From assembly GCA_965204455.1 (NCBI GenBank), contig CBDBEO010000001.1:6135-70134 (forward strand): 64,000 nucleotides of DNA, written 5' to 3'. The notes beneath the pieces were generated by a model that was given only the letters and a program-made list of their open reading frames with translations, was not told where the DNA came from and made no database searches. Shown here in pieces: positions 46,333 to 56,519 of the stretch (position 1 is the first letter of the stretch; the number at the start of each line of letters is the position of its first letter). Both the position numbers and the translations under genes were made by a program. This DNA comes from an uncultured Candidatus Binatia bacterium (GTDB lineage Bacteria; Desulfobacterota; Binatia; Bin18).

Positions 46333-47403
46333 TTATTGGAGTTGGCGCGCGCTGGTGAGGATGCGCTCAATCAGGCTGTTGGGATCGACGTTGTCCGCCT
46401 CAGCCGCAAAGTTGAGCACCAGACGATGATTGAGGGTCGGCCCGGCCACCCGGTTCACGTCGTCGTAGCTGACGTTGGCCCGGCCGTCGAGCAGGGCCAC
46501 GACTTTGGCCCCCAGCATCAGGGTCTGGCCGCCGCGCGGGCTTGAGCCAAACGACACGTAGCGGTTGATCTCTTCGTCTTTGGCCAGCGTCACCGCAGCC
46601 CTGTCCTCCGCGCTCATATAGTTGGCCTCGGCCGGAATCGTGGCATGAATCAGAGCCGCGATATACTCCTCTATGTGCGGGGCGACGATGACCTCGCGCA
46701 CCAGATGGCGCAGGGCCATGATTTTTCCTGGGGCCGTGCCCTGTTCAAAGACGGGCTGAATCTCGGGCAGTTCGGTCGTCGTGGTCGCGCTGATGATGCG
46801 CTGGACTTCCTGATGGGTCGGGTAGCGCAGGCGGACCTTGAAGAAAAAGCGGTCCAGCTGGGCTTCCGGCAGCGGATAGGTGCCCTCCATCTCAATCGGG
46901 TTGAGGGTGGCCAGGACAAAAAAGGGCGGCGCCAGGCGGTGGGTGGTGCCGGCCACCGTCACCTGCAGTTCGGCCATGGCTTCGAGCAGGGCGGCCTGGG
47001 TTTTGGGGGTGGAGCGGTTGATCTCGTCGGCCAGCAGCACGTGCGAGAAGATCGGCCCCGGCACAAAGCTGAAATCGCGCCGGCCGTCCTCGCCGTCCAT
47101 GACCATGCGGGTGCCGGTAACGTCGGCCGGCATGAGGTCAACCGTAAACTGAATCCGGCTGAAGCTGAGGTTCAGCGCCTCAGCCAGCGAGCGGACGATC
47201 AGCGTCTTGCCCGTTCCCGGCACGCCCTCAATCAGGACGTGACCGCCGGCAAAAAAGGCGACCAGGATGTTCTCGATCAGTTCGTCGTGGCCGACCACGA
47301 TCCGGGCCACTTCTGACTGGATGCGGCGAAACGTTTCCTGGAACTCGGCGATGAGGCTGGCCGCAGGAACTTCACTTACGGTTTGGCTCAGCGTTTCGCT
47401 CAT
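46333..47403 (-). CDS. MoxR-like AAA+ ATPase
   Basis: ...IVGHDELIENILVAFFAGGHVLIEGVPGTGKTLIVRSLA...ADVTG... is the MoxR family Walker A and sensor pattern. Confidence 0.9.
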   Translation of the reverse strand: MSETLSQTVSEVPAASLIAEFQETFRRIQSEVARIVVGHDELIENILVAFFAGGHVLIEGVPGTGKTLIVRSLAEALNLSFSRIQFTVDLMPADVTGTRMVMDGEDGRRDFSFVPGPIFSHVLLADEINRSTPKTQAALLEAMAELQVTVAGTTHRLAPPFFVLATLNPIEMEGTYPLPEAQLDRFFFKVRLRYPTHQEVQRIISATTTTELPEIQPVFEQGTAPGKIMALRHLVREVIVAPHIEEYIAALIHATIPAEANYMSAEDRAAVTLAKDEEINRYVSFGSSPRGGQTLMLGAKVVALLDGRANVSYDDVNRVAGPTLNHRLVLNFAAEADNVDPNSLIERILTSARQLQ

Positions 47404-48830
47404 CTCGACTCTCCTCGGGAAAACAGACGTTTGACAATGGCCTCGTATTCGGGCGGGATCTTGGCCTTGCGGATGGCGTCGTCCAAAGACTGCTCCTGAC
47501 TCAGCCGGCGGCGTGATTTGCTGGGCGGCAGCTCGCCCTCGTACTTGACCGGCTCGCCGTCCCCGCCCCGGGTGAGTTCATAGGTGCTGTCCAGCGACAG
47601 CTGGAAGGTCTGCGGGCTGTCGCCCAGGCTGGTCCGGTCGCCGAACAGGTTCGGGTCGGTGCCGCTGCCGGCTCCCATGCCCGCTCCGCCCGCGCTTCCG
47701 TCGCTGCCCGGCATCTGCGGGGTCTGGGGTTGAAAGCTGCCGCGGACGTTTTTGCGGTCCAGGCGAGCCTGGCTGAGCTGTTGCAGGCCGCTGCCCTGGG
47801 TCGGCATCTGGGCGCCCGCCGGGCCGACGGCGTCGCTGGCCTCACGCGTGCGCCCGTTCTGCGGTCTGTCCGCGACCTGCACCGAATAATCGGCCTTGTC
47901 CCTAGGCGTGTCGGCAAGCTGCAAGGCGTCGAGGTCCAGATGATCGGGCAGGGGCGGGATGGTGGGCGCCTCGGACTGGGCAGACGGGTCTGGGGTGGGC
48001 GGAATCGACAAGCCGTGCAGGGTATCACGGATCGACTGCTGGAGTTCGTCGGACAGCGAGGCCAGGGGTTGCAGGGCCGGGTTGGTCGTGTCGCCGTCCA
48101 TGGCAGTGGGCTCGTTCTGGCCCGTGGCCGTCGACGTATCGTGCTGGGGGAACAGGCTGCTCTCGCCCCAGTTTTCCGAGGCGGAGGGGATAAGCGACAT
48201 TTTTTCGTCAATCAGCTTTTCCATCCGTTCGGGCAGGTTCTGGGCCAGCTGCTGCATATTGACCAGGCTGAACGGGTCGTCCTGCTGCTGGGAGGAGAGG
48301 GGCGGAATCAGGCTGGTCAGGCTCAACAGGCCGAGTGCGGCCAAAAAGGGCAGGCTGGTCCACGGAATCCGGCGCGGGGCGATCTTGGGCAGGTCCCAGT
48401 CGGCCAGCCGGGCGGTGTTGTCGGCCAGCAGGTGCGGCCACAGGCGCGAGGGCGGGGCTCTGCCGACCACGCCGTCCTGAAGCTGGGCGGCCAGGGTCGA
48501 GACCCGCTCTTGCAGGCCGGCGCGCTGGTCGGCCCGGCGGGCGGCCCGGACCATATCCGTCCAGTCCCGCACGCCGCGACGCAGGCTGGCAAACAGCAGG
48601 CCGAGCAGGCCGAGGCCGAGCGGCCAGCTGACCCAGGCAAAAAGAGGGGAGGCAAGCTCGAGCTTATAGGCGCACACGATCAGAACGCAGCTGACCAGGG
48701 CCAGGGCCGTCCCGAAAATATACACGCGATGCTGGAAGGTGTAGCGATTCAGCCGTCCCCGCAGCCGTCGCAGCCGGTCTTCTATGTCTGCCAGGGCCAG
48801 CTGCTCGTGTGTTCCTGGGACACCTACCAT
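47400..48830 (-). CDS. Hypothetical membrane protein with a Pro/Gln-rich periplasmic region (first gene of the Bat-like operon)
   Basis: 476 aa: TM helices near the N-terminus, then a low-complexity P/Q/S-rich stretch. It overlaps the moxR start by 4 bp. Confidence 0.45.
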   Translation of the reverse strand: MVGVPGTHEQLALADIEDRLRRLRGRLNRYTFQHRVYIFGTALALVSCVLIVCAYKLELASPLFAWVSWPLGLGLLGLLFASLRRGVRDWTDMVRAARRADQRAGLQERVSTLAAQLQDGVVGRAPPSRLWPHLLADNTARLADWDLPKIAPRRIPWTSLPFLAALGLLSLTSLIPPLSSQQQDDPFSLVNMQQLAQNLPERMEKLIDEKMSLIPSASENWGESSLFPQHDTSTATGQNEPTAMDGDTTNPALQPLASLSDELQQSIRDTLHGLSIPPTPDPSAQSEAPTIPPLPDHLDLDALQLADTPRDKADYSVQVADRPQNGRTREASDAVGPAGAQMPTQGSGLQQLSQARLDRKNVRGSFQPQTPQMPGSDGSAGGAGMGAGSGTDPNLFGDRTSLGDSPQTFQLSLDSTYELTRGGDGEPVKYEGELPPSKSRRRLSQEQSLDDAIRKAKIPPEYEAIVKRLFSRGESR

Positions 48831-49097
48831 TGCTGACTGCTCCCTTTCTGGTGCGCAAGCATGTCCACGCTCCGGTTCCCCTGTGTACAGATCGCCGTTC
48901 GGCTCGTGTCGGGTCTCGCTCAGGGCCTCACCCGTCCTAAGTGCTTGATGTTCCTAGCCGTACTGGCGTCTCGTGGGAAGCGCTCCCAACAATAGTCGAG
49001 AGCATGACACAGGTCAACTCGGGAAAACTGCCGCCGGCTCCCCCTCGGCACGGGCGGCTCCTGGCTGTGCCGAGGTTCATCGTCTATACACACACCC

Positions 49098-50060
49098 ATG
49101 ACCGCGCACCTCCGAGTCCTCAGCCTGGTCGGCCTGCTCACGCTGCTGGCGGGTGCCTGCCACGAACCCCTGCGGCTGCCATATATCGTGCCCGAGCTGC
49201 ACAACTGGCCCGAGACGTATAGCGGTACGCCAGGTCTGCGGCTGCACGTTTTTCAGACCGGCTGGCTGACCCTGCCGAGCCGGCTGGTGTATGAGGGCGG
49301 CAGCGTTTTTGGCCGGACACAGCTCGACGTGCTGGTGTTTGCCATCCAGCACCCCGACCAGGGGCTGGTGCTGGTCGGCACCGGGCTCAACCGGGCGCTG
49401 GCCGACTCCTCGGCCGACGGCCCCCAGACCTACCTGGAAATCCCGCTGTCAGTCATCGGACGGGCCCGGCTGGAGGGCGGCCAGGACATTGTCGCCCAGC
49501 TCGAAGACGCCCAGCTGGCGCCCGACGGGCCGACGCATGTCATCCTGCCCGACCTGCGGCCCGATCATGCCGGGGAGCTGGAGCATTTTTCCGAGGCTGT
49601 GGCGGTGGTGAGCCGCGCCGAACACGCCGCAGCGCTGGGGCAGACGGGTCTGGGGGCGTACCTGCCCAAAGAGTATGACCAGGTCACCCGGTGGCAGTTC
49701 ATAGATTTCGGCCAGGCTGAGCCGCTCGGCCTGCTGGCTGCGGCCCAGGACGTGTTCGGTGACGGCAGCCTGGTGGTGCTCGACGCCAGCGGCATGACTG
49801 CGGGCGGCCTTGCGGTGTTCGTCCAGCTTCCCTCGGGACCGGTGCTGTTATGCGGCAATCTGGCCTGGACCAGAGAGCAGTATGTGTATACCCGTCTGCC
49901 CGGGCTGGCCTTTGATCGGAGCGCCTGGTGGGATAAGATCTGGCGGGTGAAGAAGTGGAGTCAGCTCGCGCCTGAGTTGACGGTTTTGCCCGATCATGAC
50001 TGGCGAACGGTTGAGGAGCGGGCAACGGCCGATATGCAGCTCCACCTGTTTGAGGAATGA
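49098..50060 (+). CDS. MBL-fold metallo-hydrolase-like lipoprotein (degenerate metal-binding motif)
   Basis: Signal/lipobox LLAGAC. The core ...LVFAIQHPDQGLVLVGTGL... resembles the AHL-lactonase/MBL fold, but the HxHxDH motif is not canonical. Confidence 0.45.
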   Translation: MTAHLRVLSLVGLLTLLAGACHEPLRLPYIVPELHNWPETYSGTPGLRLHVFQTGWLTLPSRLVYEGGSVFGRTQLDVLVFAIQHPDQGLVLVGTGLNRALADSSADGPQTYLEIPLSVIGRARLEGGQDIVAQLEDAQLAPDGPTHVILPDLRPDHAGELEHFSEAVAVVSRAEHAAALGQTGLGAYLPKEYDQVTRWQFIDFGQAEPLGLLAAAQDVFGDGSLVVLDASGMTAGGLAVFVQLPSGPVLLCGNLAWTREQYVYTRLPGLAFDRSAWWDKIWRVKKWSQLAPELTVLPDHDWRTVEERATADMQLHLFEE

Positions 50061-50989
50061 CAACCGACACGGGAGGGGCTCGCCGCCCCGACGACTCGTT
50101 GCAGACGATGGAGGTCACGATTCTTGGCCACGGCTCGCTGATGAGCGGGCGAGGCTTAGCCTTCTCGGGGACGTTTGCCGTTCGCCGGGCCGGCATTGTG
50201 GCGCTGGCCGACTGTCGGCGGGGGTTTGCCAAGCTGTCGATGTACGGCAACCGGTTTGCCACCGATGTCGAGCTGTCGCGACTGCCCTTGCGGGGCCGGC
50301 GGGTGTCGCCCCCCACCGGCCGGGCCGGCGGGACCGAGACCCTGGCCCTGAGCGTCTCCCTCGACGACGGCTACCGGCTGATGAAGCGGGAGGGCTATCA
50401 GCCCGACGCAGCCCGGCAGCTGGTCCGTCTCGGGCGGCGGCAGGGCCTGGGGCTGGCCGATTTCCTGTGGCAGGTACAGACCCAGGCCGGGCACGATGCG
50501 GTCGGCTATCGGCGGCGGCTGTTTGAGCTGACGGGCTATACCTCGCCCCACTATATCCCGCATCCGGTGCGGATTGACGGAGACGAGACCGCCCTGATCT
50601 TTGTCGCGCCCGGCTTTGAGGCCACCGGCTCTGAGGCGGTCATCTCGGTCCGCCAGCAAACCGGCGTGCGGGGGCTGATGTCCGCCGGGCGGGCCTGGCA
50701 GCGCAAACCCAACGACGAGCAGCTGAGCTATATGGTGTCGTGCGTCCTGGGCGGCGTCCACGGACTCAAGATTGACGATCTGCTGCCCCGGTCTGGGGAT
50801 GAAACGCGCCTGATCACGGCCTTGAGAGAGCGCGTGCGGCCGGAAATCACGGTCGAACCGAGCCGGTTCAGGGAGACCGTCGGCCTGTCGGCCGAGCAGT
50901 ATGGCCGCGCCTTTGGTGAACCCGCGCAGTTGCTCAGACGGAGCGGTTTGCACGACTTTGTGGCGGGCAATCTCAGCCCGCCTGCCTGA
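50057..50989 (+). CDS. Hypothetical protein
   Basis: 310 aa, ATGA-coupled to the upstream gene. No confident family. Confidence 0.35.
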   Translation: MTTDTGGARRPDDSLQTMEVTILGHGSLMSGRGLAFSGTFAVRRAGIVALADCRRGFAKLSMYGNRFATDVELSRLPLRGRRVSPPTGRAGGTETLALSVSLDDGYRLMKREGYQPDAARQLVRLGRRQGLGLADFLWQVQTQAGHDAVGYRRRLFELTGYTSPHYIPHPVRIDGDETALIFVAPGFEATGSEAVISVRQQTGVRGLMSAGRAWQRKPNDEQLSYMVSCVLGGVHGLKIDDLLPRSGDETRLITALRERVRPEITVEPSRFRETVGLSAEQYGRAFGEPAQLLRRSGLHDFVAGNLSPPA

Positions 50990-51501
50990 TGTATGGAGAC
51001 GACACGATGTCTTTCTTTTCAGTCGCCATCGGAAAAGACCAGTTGCGTTTCACGGCCGCCCACTTTATCGCCTTTCCGGGGTTTCGAGAGCCGCTGCACG
51101 GCCATACCTATCAGGCCCAGGTCACGGTCAGCGGACCGGTCGGGCCGGACGGCTATGTGGTCGATTTCCTGGTCCTCAAGAAGATTGCCGAAGAAGAATG
51201 TGCCCGGCTCCATTTTCGGACTCTGTTGCCCGACCGTAGCGATTGCCTGGACATTGCCGAGCGTGACGGGCAGGTCGAGGTCAACTGCGAGGACGGCAGC
51301 CGTTTTGTGTTGCCGCGCCAGGACGTGTGCCTGTTGCCGATTGTGCACTCGTCTTCGGAAGAACTCGCCCAGCACCTGGTCGGGCGGTTGCGGCAGCGGC
51401 TGCGTAGCGAGCGCAACAATATCGAAACCATCGAGGTCAGCATTGAGGACATCCCCGGTCAGCTTGCCGTGTGCCGCGAAGCCTTTGGGGAGACCGGATG
51501 A
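50989..51501 (+). CDS. 6-pyruvoyl-tetrahydropterin synthase (PTPS/QueD) family protein
   Basis: ...FIAFPGFREPLHGHTYQAQV... contains the HGH zinc motif of PTPS/QueD. An alternative start lies at MSFFSV (51007). Confidence 0.6.
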   Translation: MYGDDTMSFFSVAIGKDQLRFTAAHFIAFPGFREPLHGHTYQAQVTVSGPVGPDGYVVDFLVLKKIAEEECARLHFRTLLPDRSDCLDIAERDGQVEVNCEDGSRFVLPRQDVCLLPIVHSSSEELAQHLVGRLRQRLRSERNNIETIEVSIEDIPGQLAVCREAFGETG

Positions 51502-51776
51502 GCCGGGCCTGGTGGGCCGGGCTGTGTCTGATGCTATCGACTGGGCTGGGCTGCGGCCCCGAGCTGCCCGAGGCGGAATCCGCAGCCGCCCAGGTCTATG
51601 TCCGGCGCTGTTCGGGCTGTCACCGCGTGTATCACCCGGGGCTGCTGACAGCCCAGATGTGGGACTTTATGTTGACCCGGATGGATGATGAGCTGCGGCG
51701 GCTGGGCAGACCGCCGCTCCAGGGACAGGAGCGGCAGACCGTGCGCGCCTATCTCCACAAGCACAGCGGCGGGTAG
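51498..51776 (+). CDS. Small lipoprotein with a single CxxCH haem-binding motif (mini cytochrome c-like)
   Basis: MSRAWWAGLCLMLSTGLGCG (lipobox) then ...RRCSGCHRVYHPG... An ATGA overlap with the PTPS stop is verified. Confidence 0.45.
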   Translation: MSRAWWAGLCLMLSTGLGCGPELPEAESAAAQVYVRRCSGCHRVYHPGLLTAQMWDFMLTRMDDELRRLGRPPLQGQERQTVRAYLHKHSGG

Positions 51777-51799
51777 GGGCAGTCCCCTCGTGCCTGCCC

Positions 51800-52249
51800 C
51801 TACGGGTTGGGCTGCAAATTGTACTGATCGTACACCGGCGGCAGCTCCAGGGTGGCCTTGGCCCGATCTTGCAATTGGCGCAGATGGGCGCTCAACGCCT
51901 GCTGGCACGGACTGTCGGCCAGGCAGTCCTGGAACGGGGCGGGTGCGGCGGTCATGGCCCGCTGGAGGGTTTGCAAGACCCAGGCGGCCTCGGTTTTCGC
52001 GACCGGTGGCGCGGGCGGGCTGGGCGGCGGAGCCGCCGCCACCGAGGGTGGTGGCAGGGCCGGACTCGGTGGACGGGCCGCGCTTGGCTCTGGCCTGTCT
52101 GAGGAAGCGGGGGAGGAGAACGCCGGCAGGCGCGAGGTCGAGCTGCCCGGAATAACCGTGCCAATCGCTCCGAGTACGTCGCGCTGTTGCTGAACCGTAC
52201 AGCTGGTGAGGAGGAATAGGCTGCCGAGCCACAGGCAGATGTATCGCAT
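51800..52249 (-). CDS. Proline-rich lipoprotein, hypothetical
   Basis: MRYICLWLGSLFLLTSCTV (lipobox LTSC), then a P/A/S-rich low-complexity region. Confidence 0.4.
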   Translation of the reverse strand: MRYICLWLGSLFLLTSCTVQQQRDVLGAIGTVIPGSSTSRLPAFSSPASSDRPEPSAARPPSPALPPPSVAAAPPPSPPAPPVAKTEAAWVLQTLQRAMTAAPAPFQDCLADSPCQQALSAHLRQLQDRAKATLELPPVYDQYNLQPNP

Positions 52250-52324
52250 GGTGGTACTCCCTCGGGCTGGACCGGGCCCGCCGACCTTGACTTGTGTACG
52301 CAAACAGCAGACTGTCTAGCACAT

Positions 52325-52678
52325 ATGGAACACAAGCACACCTATCCGGAAGCCCTGGAGGCCCTGCTGAGCCGCCTGCCCGAACTTGAGCTGGTGCTGG
52401 GGCCCCAGGCCAAGGGGGGCCTTGAGGTGGTCCAGCGCTCGCTGCAACAGGCGATTGCCCTGCGGGCCGACGGCGACGTGCCGCGCGCCGTGTCCTACAT
52501 TGCGACGGCCATGGACCGTCTGTCTCAGCTGGCCGATGGGCTGGGACCGCAGGAGGCGATGATGATGCGGATGCTGACCGAGCAGTTTCGTCAGGCCCTG
52601 CTCAGCGGGCACGATGGCGAGGCGCGCCGGGTGTCCGACCTGATGCGTGACAAGTCGGGCACCACGGTCCGCAAATAA
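52325..52678 (+). CDS. Hypothetical protein
   Basis: The ORF starting MEHKHTYPEALEALL has codon usage consistent with a real gene. No family identified. Confidence 0.3.
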   Translation: MEHKHTYPEALEALLSRLPELELVLGPQAKGGLEVVQRSLQQAIALRADGDVPRAVSYIATAMDRLSQLADGLGPQEAMMMRMLTEQFRQALLSGHDGEARRVSDLMRDKSGTTVRK

Positions 52679-52679
52679 T

Positions 52680-54098
52680 TCACAAAATATACCGCGACAG
52701 ATCCTCGTCTTTGACAATCTGTTCGAGCTTGTCTCTGACGACCTGGGCGTTGATGGTGACTTCCTGCCCGTCAAGCTCCGGGGCGTCGAAGGATAGATCC
52801 TCGACCAGACGTTCGACCACGGTATGCAGGCGCCGGGCGCCGATGTTTTCGGTCCGTTCGTTGACGATGGCGGCGATCCGCGCAATCTCTTCGACCGCGT
52901 CAGCCACAAAGGCGAGGGTCACGTTCTCGGTCGCCAGCAGGGCGCTGTACTGGGTCAGCAGGGCGTTCTTGGGCTCGGTCAGGATGCGGATGAAGTCGCG
53001 CTGGTTGAGGGCGTCGAGCTCGACCCGGATCGGAAAGCGGCCCTGGAACTCGGGAATCAGGTCGGACGGTTTGGCGGTGTGGAAGGCGCCCGAGGCGACG
53101 AACAACACGTGGTCGGTGCGGACCATGCCGTATTTGGTGTTGACCGTGCAGCCCTCGACCAGGGGCAGGAGGTCGCGCTGCACGCCCTGGCGCGAGACGT
53201 CCGGACCCTGGGCGTGGTCGCGGCCGGCAATCTTGTCGATTTCGTCGATGAAAATAATCCCGGTTTGCTCGACCCGACGGATCGCCTCGCGGACCACCGC
53301 CTCCATATCGACCAGCTTGTCGGCCTCTTCCTGGGTCAACAGCTCGACCGCCTCGGGCACCTTGAGCCGCCGCTTTTTGGTCTTCTGGGGCATGATGTTG
53401 GAGAACATTTCTTTGAGCTGGTTTTCCATGTCTTCCATGCCCTGGGGAGCCATGACCTCGATAAAGGGTGAGGCGGGCCGCGTCAGCTCGATTTCGACCT
53501 CGCGCTCGTCGAGTTTGCCCTGGCGCAGCATGCGACGCATCTTCTCGCGGGTGGCCTGTCCCGGCTGCTGGGTCGGGTCGTCGGTGTCGTGGCCGTCGGT
53601 CTGGCCGAAGCCGGCCCGCGAGGGCGGGGGAGGCAGCAGCAGATCGAGAATCCGTTCTTCGGCCTGGGCCTGGGCCTTGACCTGAATCCGTTCCTTGGCC
53701 TCCTGCTTGACCATATTCACAGACAGTTCGGTCACGTCGCGGACCATGGACTCGACATCGCGGCCGACATAGCCGACCTCGGTGAATTTGGAGGCCTCGA
53801 CCTTGACGAACGGCGCCTGCGCCAGCCGGGCCAGCCGGCGGGCGATCTCGGTCTTGCCGACCCCGGTCGGGCCGATCATCAGAATATTTTTGGGCGCGAT
53901 CTCATCCCGCAGCTCCGGCGGAACCTGCTGGCGACGCCAGCGGTTGCGGAGAGCAATGGCCATGGCCCGCTTGGCCTTGGCCTGACCGATGATGTAGTGG
54001 TCGAGTTCGGACACGATCTCGCGCGGAGTCATAACCGGCAGCACCGCTTCTTGGGGCTCGGGATCGACAGGGGGGACAGCATTAACGGCGTTCGCCAT
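52680..54098 (-). CDS. hslU: ATP-dependent protease ATPase subunit HslU
   Basis: ...[34 protein letters not shown]...[19 protein letters not shown]... The probable start is MANAVNAV at 54098. Confidence 0.9.
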   Translation of the reverse strand: MANAVNAVPPVDPEPQEAVLPVMTPREIVSELDHYIIGQAKAKRAMAIALRNRWRRQQVPPELRDEIAPKNILMIGPTGVGKTEIARRLARLAQAPFVKVEASKFTEVGYVGRDVESMVRDVTELSVNMVKQEAKERIQVKAQAQAEERILDLLLPPPPSRAGFGQTDGHDTDDPTQQPGQATREKMRRMLRQGKLDEREVEIELTRPASPFIEVMAPQGMEDMENQLKEMFSNIMPQKTKKRRLKVPEAVELLTQEEADKLVDMEAVVREAIRRVEQTGIIFIDEIDKIAGRDHAQGPDVSRQGVQRDLLPLVEGCTVNTKYGMVRTDHVLFVASGAFHTAKPSDLIPEFQGRFPIRVELDALNQRDFIRILTEPKNALLTQYSALLATENVTLAFVADAVEEIARIAAIVNERTENIGARRLHTVVERLVEDLSFDAPELDGQEVTINAQVVRDKLEQIVKDEDLSRYIL

Positions 54099-54624
54099 AG
54101 GACAGCTCCTCGAGCGTGATGTGGCCGTTGGTGTACACGCAGATCTCTGCGGCCGTACGCATGGCTTCTTCGGCAATCGTCCGGGCGTCCAGCCCTGTGT
54201 GCTTGCGCAAGGCCCGGGCTGCGGCCAGGGCGTAGTTGCCGCCCGAGCCGATAGCCAGAATGCCGTCGTCGGGTTCGAGCACGTCGCCCGAGCCCGAGAT
54301 CAACAGCGACGAGTCCTGGTCGACGACCGCCATCAGGGCTTCCAGCCGCCGCAGCACCCGGTCTGAACGCCAGTCACGGGCCAGCTCGACCGCAGCCCGG
54401 CGCAGGTTGTTATTGTACTCTTCGAGTTTTTTTTCAAACATGTCGCACAGGGTCAGGGCGTCGGCCGTGCTGCCGGCAAAGCCGGCCAGGATTTTGCCCT
54501 GGGACAGTTGGCGAATCTTGCGCGCCGTGTGTTTCATGACCGCGTCACCCAGACTGACCTGACCATCCCCGGCCATCACGACCCGACCCTGATGGCGAAC
54601 CGACACGATAGTCGTGCCGTGCAT
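54082..54624 (-). CDS. hslV: ATP-dependent protease subunit HslV
   Basis: [31 protein letters not shown]... (Thr nucleophile after the N-terminal Met and residues). ...[14 protein letters not shown]... Confidence 0.9.
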   Translation of the reverse strand: MHGTTIVSVRHQGRVVMAGDGQVSLGDAVMKHTARKIRQLSQGKILAGFAGSTADALTLCDMFEKKLEEYNNNLRRAAVELARDWRSDRVLRRLEALMAVVDQDSSLLISGSGDVLEPDDGILAIGSGGNYALAAARALRKHTGLDARTIAEEAMRTAAEICVYTNGHITLEELSYGERR

Positions 54625-54755
54625 GCTGTAGCCTTTCATGAGCCGACCACCTCCTGTTGCGGAATGCAGAACGGAAAACACAGCGCGGTCAAGAAGGTCG
54701 GTCTTCCGCCCATAGCCTTCCCTCCTGTCTCGTTCGTCATTGGAGCACCGCTGCG

Positions 54756-55697
54756 CTAGGCGCGCGGGTGCGCCTTATCGTACACTTCCATGAGGTGGTC
54801 GAGGTTCACATGGGTGTATTTCTGGGTTGTGGACAGACTGGCGTGACCGAGGAGTTCCTGGATGGCGCGCAGGTCGGCCCCGGCCTCGAGCAGATGGGTG
54901 GCAAAGCTGTGGCGCAGCGCGTGGGGACTGGTTTTCAGGCTGATGCCGCAGGCGCGGGCGTAGTCCGCCACGATCCGGGCCACGCTGCGGGTGGTCAGGC
55001 GTCCGCCGCGACGGTTGAGAAAGACGGCCGGACAGCTGGGCGTGCGGGGGCTGGCGGCGCGGTTCTTGGGTGTCAGCAGGCTCGGAATCTGAGCCCGGTA
55101 GCGGGTCAGGCTGTCGAGTGCACGCCGCCCGATCGGCACCACCCGTTCGGTATTGCCCTTGCCCTGCACCCGGATGACCTCCAGGTTGTCATCGACATCG
55201 TCCCAGTCGAGGCTGACGAGTTCGCTGACCCGCAGGCCGCATGAGTACAGGACTTCGAGCATGGCTCGCGCCCGCAGGCCGGCGGCCGAGTCGGGCGGCG
55301 GGGCGTCCAAGAGACGAAACATCTCGTCGACCGGCAGATAGCTCGGCAGCGGATGGTCTTTTTTGGGAGACGCGAGCTGCAGGCTGGGATCGCGCTGCAC
55401 CTCACCCTCGCGGACCAGAAAACGGAAAAAGCTCTTCAGGGCCGAGAGTTTGCGGCCGATCGAGCTCTTGGTGTGAGCGTGGTACAGGCTCGACAGAAAA
55501 GCCTGGATCAGGTGGTGATCAATCTGCTGGATACCGAGCGGGCGCGGGTTGGCCCGTGGGGTGGGCCTTTCCACAAAGGCAAAAAATTGGGCCACATCAC
55601 TCAGATAGTTCCGTTGGGTGTGGGTGGACAGGTTTTGCTCCACCCGCAGGAAAACCTCGTAGCGGGCCAACAGGCTGGGAATAGTCGGTGTCTTCAT
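54756..55697 (-). CDS. xerC: Tyrosine recombinase XerC/XerD family
   Basis: The C-terminus ...[39 protein letters not shown] carries the catalytic R..HxxR..Y motif. It sits upstream of hslVU, the usual xerC position. Confidence 0.85.
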   Translation of the reverse strand: MKTPTIPSLLARYEVFLRVEQNLSTHTQRNYLSDVAQFFAFVERPTPRANPRPLGIQQIDHHLIQAFLSSLYHAHTKSSIGRKLSALKSFFRFLVREGEVQRDPSLQLASPKKDHPLPSYLPVDEMFRLLDAPPPDSAAGLRARAMLEVLYSCGLRVSELVSLDWDDVDDNLEVIRVQGKGNTERVVPIGRRALDSLTRYRAQIPSLLTPKNRAASPRTPSCPAVFLNRRGGRLTTRSVARIVADYARACGISLKTSPHALRHSFATHLLEAGADLRAIQELLGHASLSTTQKYTHVNLDHLMEVYDKAHPRA

Positions 55698-55776
55698 AGT
55701 CTGGACAAGAACGGGACAATGGTATCAATAAGTCTGTGCCGAATAAAGAGCGGTGTCGAGAAACGGAGGACGAGCC

Positions 55777-56085
55777 ATGCCACAGTCGCCGACCTGTCAC
55801 CAGTGCGGGGCCGAAATTCAGGTTGTCGAGCGGATCGGCCGTCGGGACAGCTGTCCAGGCTGTGAGGCCGATGTGCGCTGCTGTCTGAACTGTGTGTTCT
55901 ACGACCCCCACGTGTCAAATGCCTGCCGCGAGCCAAACGTCGAGCCGGTCCGGGACAAAGACGCGGCCAATTTCTGCGACTATTTCTCGCTGGGTAATCC
56001 GGCCGCCCGGCCCACGGCCGAGCCGAGCCAAGCGACTGACGCCCGGGCGCGTCTCGAGGCGCTGTTCGCCAAGAAGAAAGACTAG
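55777..56085 (+). CDS. Hypothetical zinc-ribbon protein (CxxC...CxxC...C...C)
   Basis: MPQSPTCHQCGAEIQVVERIGRRDSCPGCEADVRCCLNCVFYDPHVSNAC... Confidence 0.4.
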   Translation: MPQSPTCHQCGAEIQVVERIGRRDSCPGCEADVRCCLNCVFYDPHVSNACREPNVEPVRDKDAANFCDYFSLGNPAARPTAEPSQATDARARLEALFAKKKD

Positions 56086-56100
56086 ACGAAGGACAGTCGA

Positions 56101-56508
56101 ATGAACCGCTTGCTGCTCTGCTTGTCCGTGCTCGCGTCCATCGTCACCCTGAGCGCTTGTCAGCCCGATCCGAACAGCCCGCGCGGCGTGGCCGAACGCT
56201 TTCTGGACGCACACTATGTGCGCATGGACCTGCAGGCGGCCAAGGCTTACTGCACCGGTCTGGCGCTCAAGCGTGTCGAGGACGAGATCCGCCTGACCGA
56301 GGGGCAGGTGATTGACGCCAATACCCGGCTGCCGCGGGTGTATTACAGCCTGGTGAAAGAAACGCCGCGTGGCGACACCAGCGTCTCCTTCCAGTATCAG
56401 GCCAGGATTACGGTGGCCGGGGGCGGGGAGTTTCAGAAAGAATTGCTGCTCAGCCTGCGCAAGGGGCAAGACGGCTGGCGGGTGATGAATTACAGCGAGT
56501 TTGATTGA
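56101..56508 (+). CDS. Hypothetical lipoprotein
   Basis: MNRLLLCLSVLASIVTLSAC (lipobox LSAC). 135 aa. Confidence 0.4.
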   Translation: MNRLLLCLSVLASIVTLSACQPDPNSPRGVAERFLDAHYVRMDLQAAKAYCTGLALKRVEDEIRLTEGQVIDANTRLPRVYYSLVKETPRGDTSVSFQYQARITVAGGGEFQKELLLSLRKGQDGWRVMNYSEFD

Positions 56509-56519
56509 GCCGTCAGCCC

